The notes beneath the pieces were generated by a model, which worked only from the letters and a program-made list of their open reading frames with translations, was not told where the DNA came from and did not search any database. Of a stretch of DNA of 64,000 nucleotides, positions 63,222-64,000 are shown in pieces. Position numbers and translations under genes: made by a program. How positions within the stretch are numbered: position 1 is the first letter of the stretch; each line of letters starts with the position of its first letter. Source of the stretch: Mobula hypostoma (lineage: Eukaryota); NCBI RefSeq assembly GCF_963921235.1, contig NC_086110.1, positions 37,820,001 through 37,884,000 on the forward strand. Reading direction: 5' to 3'.

Positions 63222-64000
63222 AGAAACATACAAACACAGAAAAGCTACAGCATAATACAGACCCCTCAGCCCACAAAGTTGTGCCGAACATGTCCCTACC
63301 TTAGAAATTACCAGGCTTACCCATAGCCCTCTATTTTTCTAAGCTCCATGTAGCTATCCAAAAGTCTCTTAAAAGACCCTATTGTATCTGCCTCCACCAC
63401 CGTTGCTGGCAGCCCAATCCACGCACTCACCACTCTCTGAGTAAAAAAACTTACCCTTGACATCTCCTCTGTACCTAGCCCCCAGCACCTTAAACCTGTG
63501 TCCTCTTGTGGCAACCATTTCAGCCCTGGGAAAAAGCCTCTGACTATCCACATGATCAATCCCTCTCATCATCTTATGCACCTTTAACAGGTCACCTCTC
63601 ATCCTCTGTCGCTCCAAGGAGAAAAGGCCGAGTTCACTCAACCTATTCTCGTAAGGCATGCTCCCCAATCCAGGCAACATCCTTGTAAATCTCCTCTGCA
63701 CCCTTTCTATGGCTTCCACATCCTTCCTGTAGTGAGGCGACCAGAACTGAGCACAGAACTCCAAGGGGGGTCTGACCTGGGTCCTATATAGCTGCAACAT
63801 TACCTCTTGGCTCCTAAATTCAATTCCAGGATTAATGAAGGCCAATACACCGTAGGCCTTCTTAACCATAGAGTCAACCCGCGCAGCTGCTTTGAGCGTC
63901 CTGTGGACTCAGACCCCAAGATCCCTCTGATCCTCCACACTGCCAAGAATCTTACCATTAATACTATATTCTGCCATCATATTTGACGAACCAAAGTGAA
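63222..64000 (-). mobile_element. CR1 3' portion (runs off window end)
   Basis: ORF 63369-63869 KKAYGVLAFI..QFWSPHYRKDVEAIERVQRRFTRMLPG. Confidence 0.93.

Overview
Eukaryotic, repeat-dense vertebrate DNA. The repeat spectrum (CR1, Rex1/Babar, Penelope-like elements, V-SINE/HE1-like, Tx1) points to a cartilaginous fish, probably a ray (inference). The only host gene I can support is a C19orf12 orthologue on the minus strand: two coding exons at 49270-49432 and 46246-46511 (142 aa), with a probable CCAAT/CpG promoter near 53.7 kb. The rest is mostly nested transposons: many CR1 LINEs, Rex1/Babar fragments, an R4/Dong-type RLE retrotransposon, a Tx1-like relic, two head-to-head Gypsy copies, solo LTRs, hAT and Tigger-like DNA elements, and V-SINEs. 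Three signals stand out. (1) A recurrent family of Penelope-derived insertions carrying hammerhead ribozymes (HHRs). Six are fold-back palindromes of about 160 bp to 1.28 kb, and one is a lone 84-bp arm. All seven have 13-14-bp target-site duplications (TSDs), and in the fold-backs only one arm carries a ~37-nt 3' tail. (2) A U_UUA_AAC slippery heptamer directly before the ORF1 stop in several diverged CR1 subfamilies, whose -1 frame runs into ORF2, suggesting programmed -1 frameshifting. (3) A composite hAT-like element with an unusual 6-bp TSD and a retained zinc-finger exon. Family assignments come from motif recognition, not database searches, and boundaries of degraded repeats are approximate.
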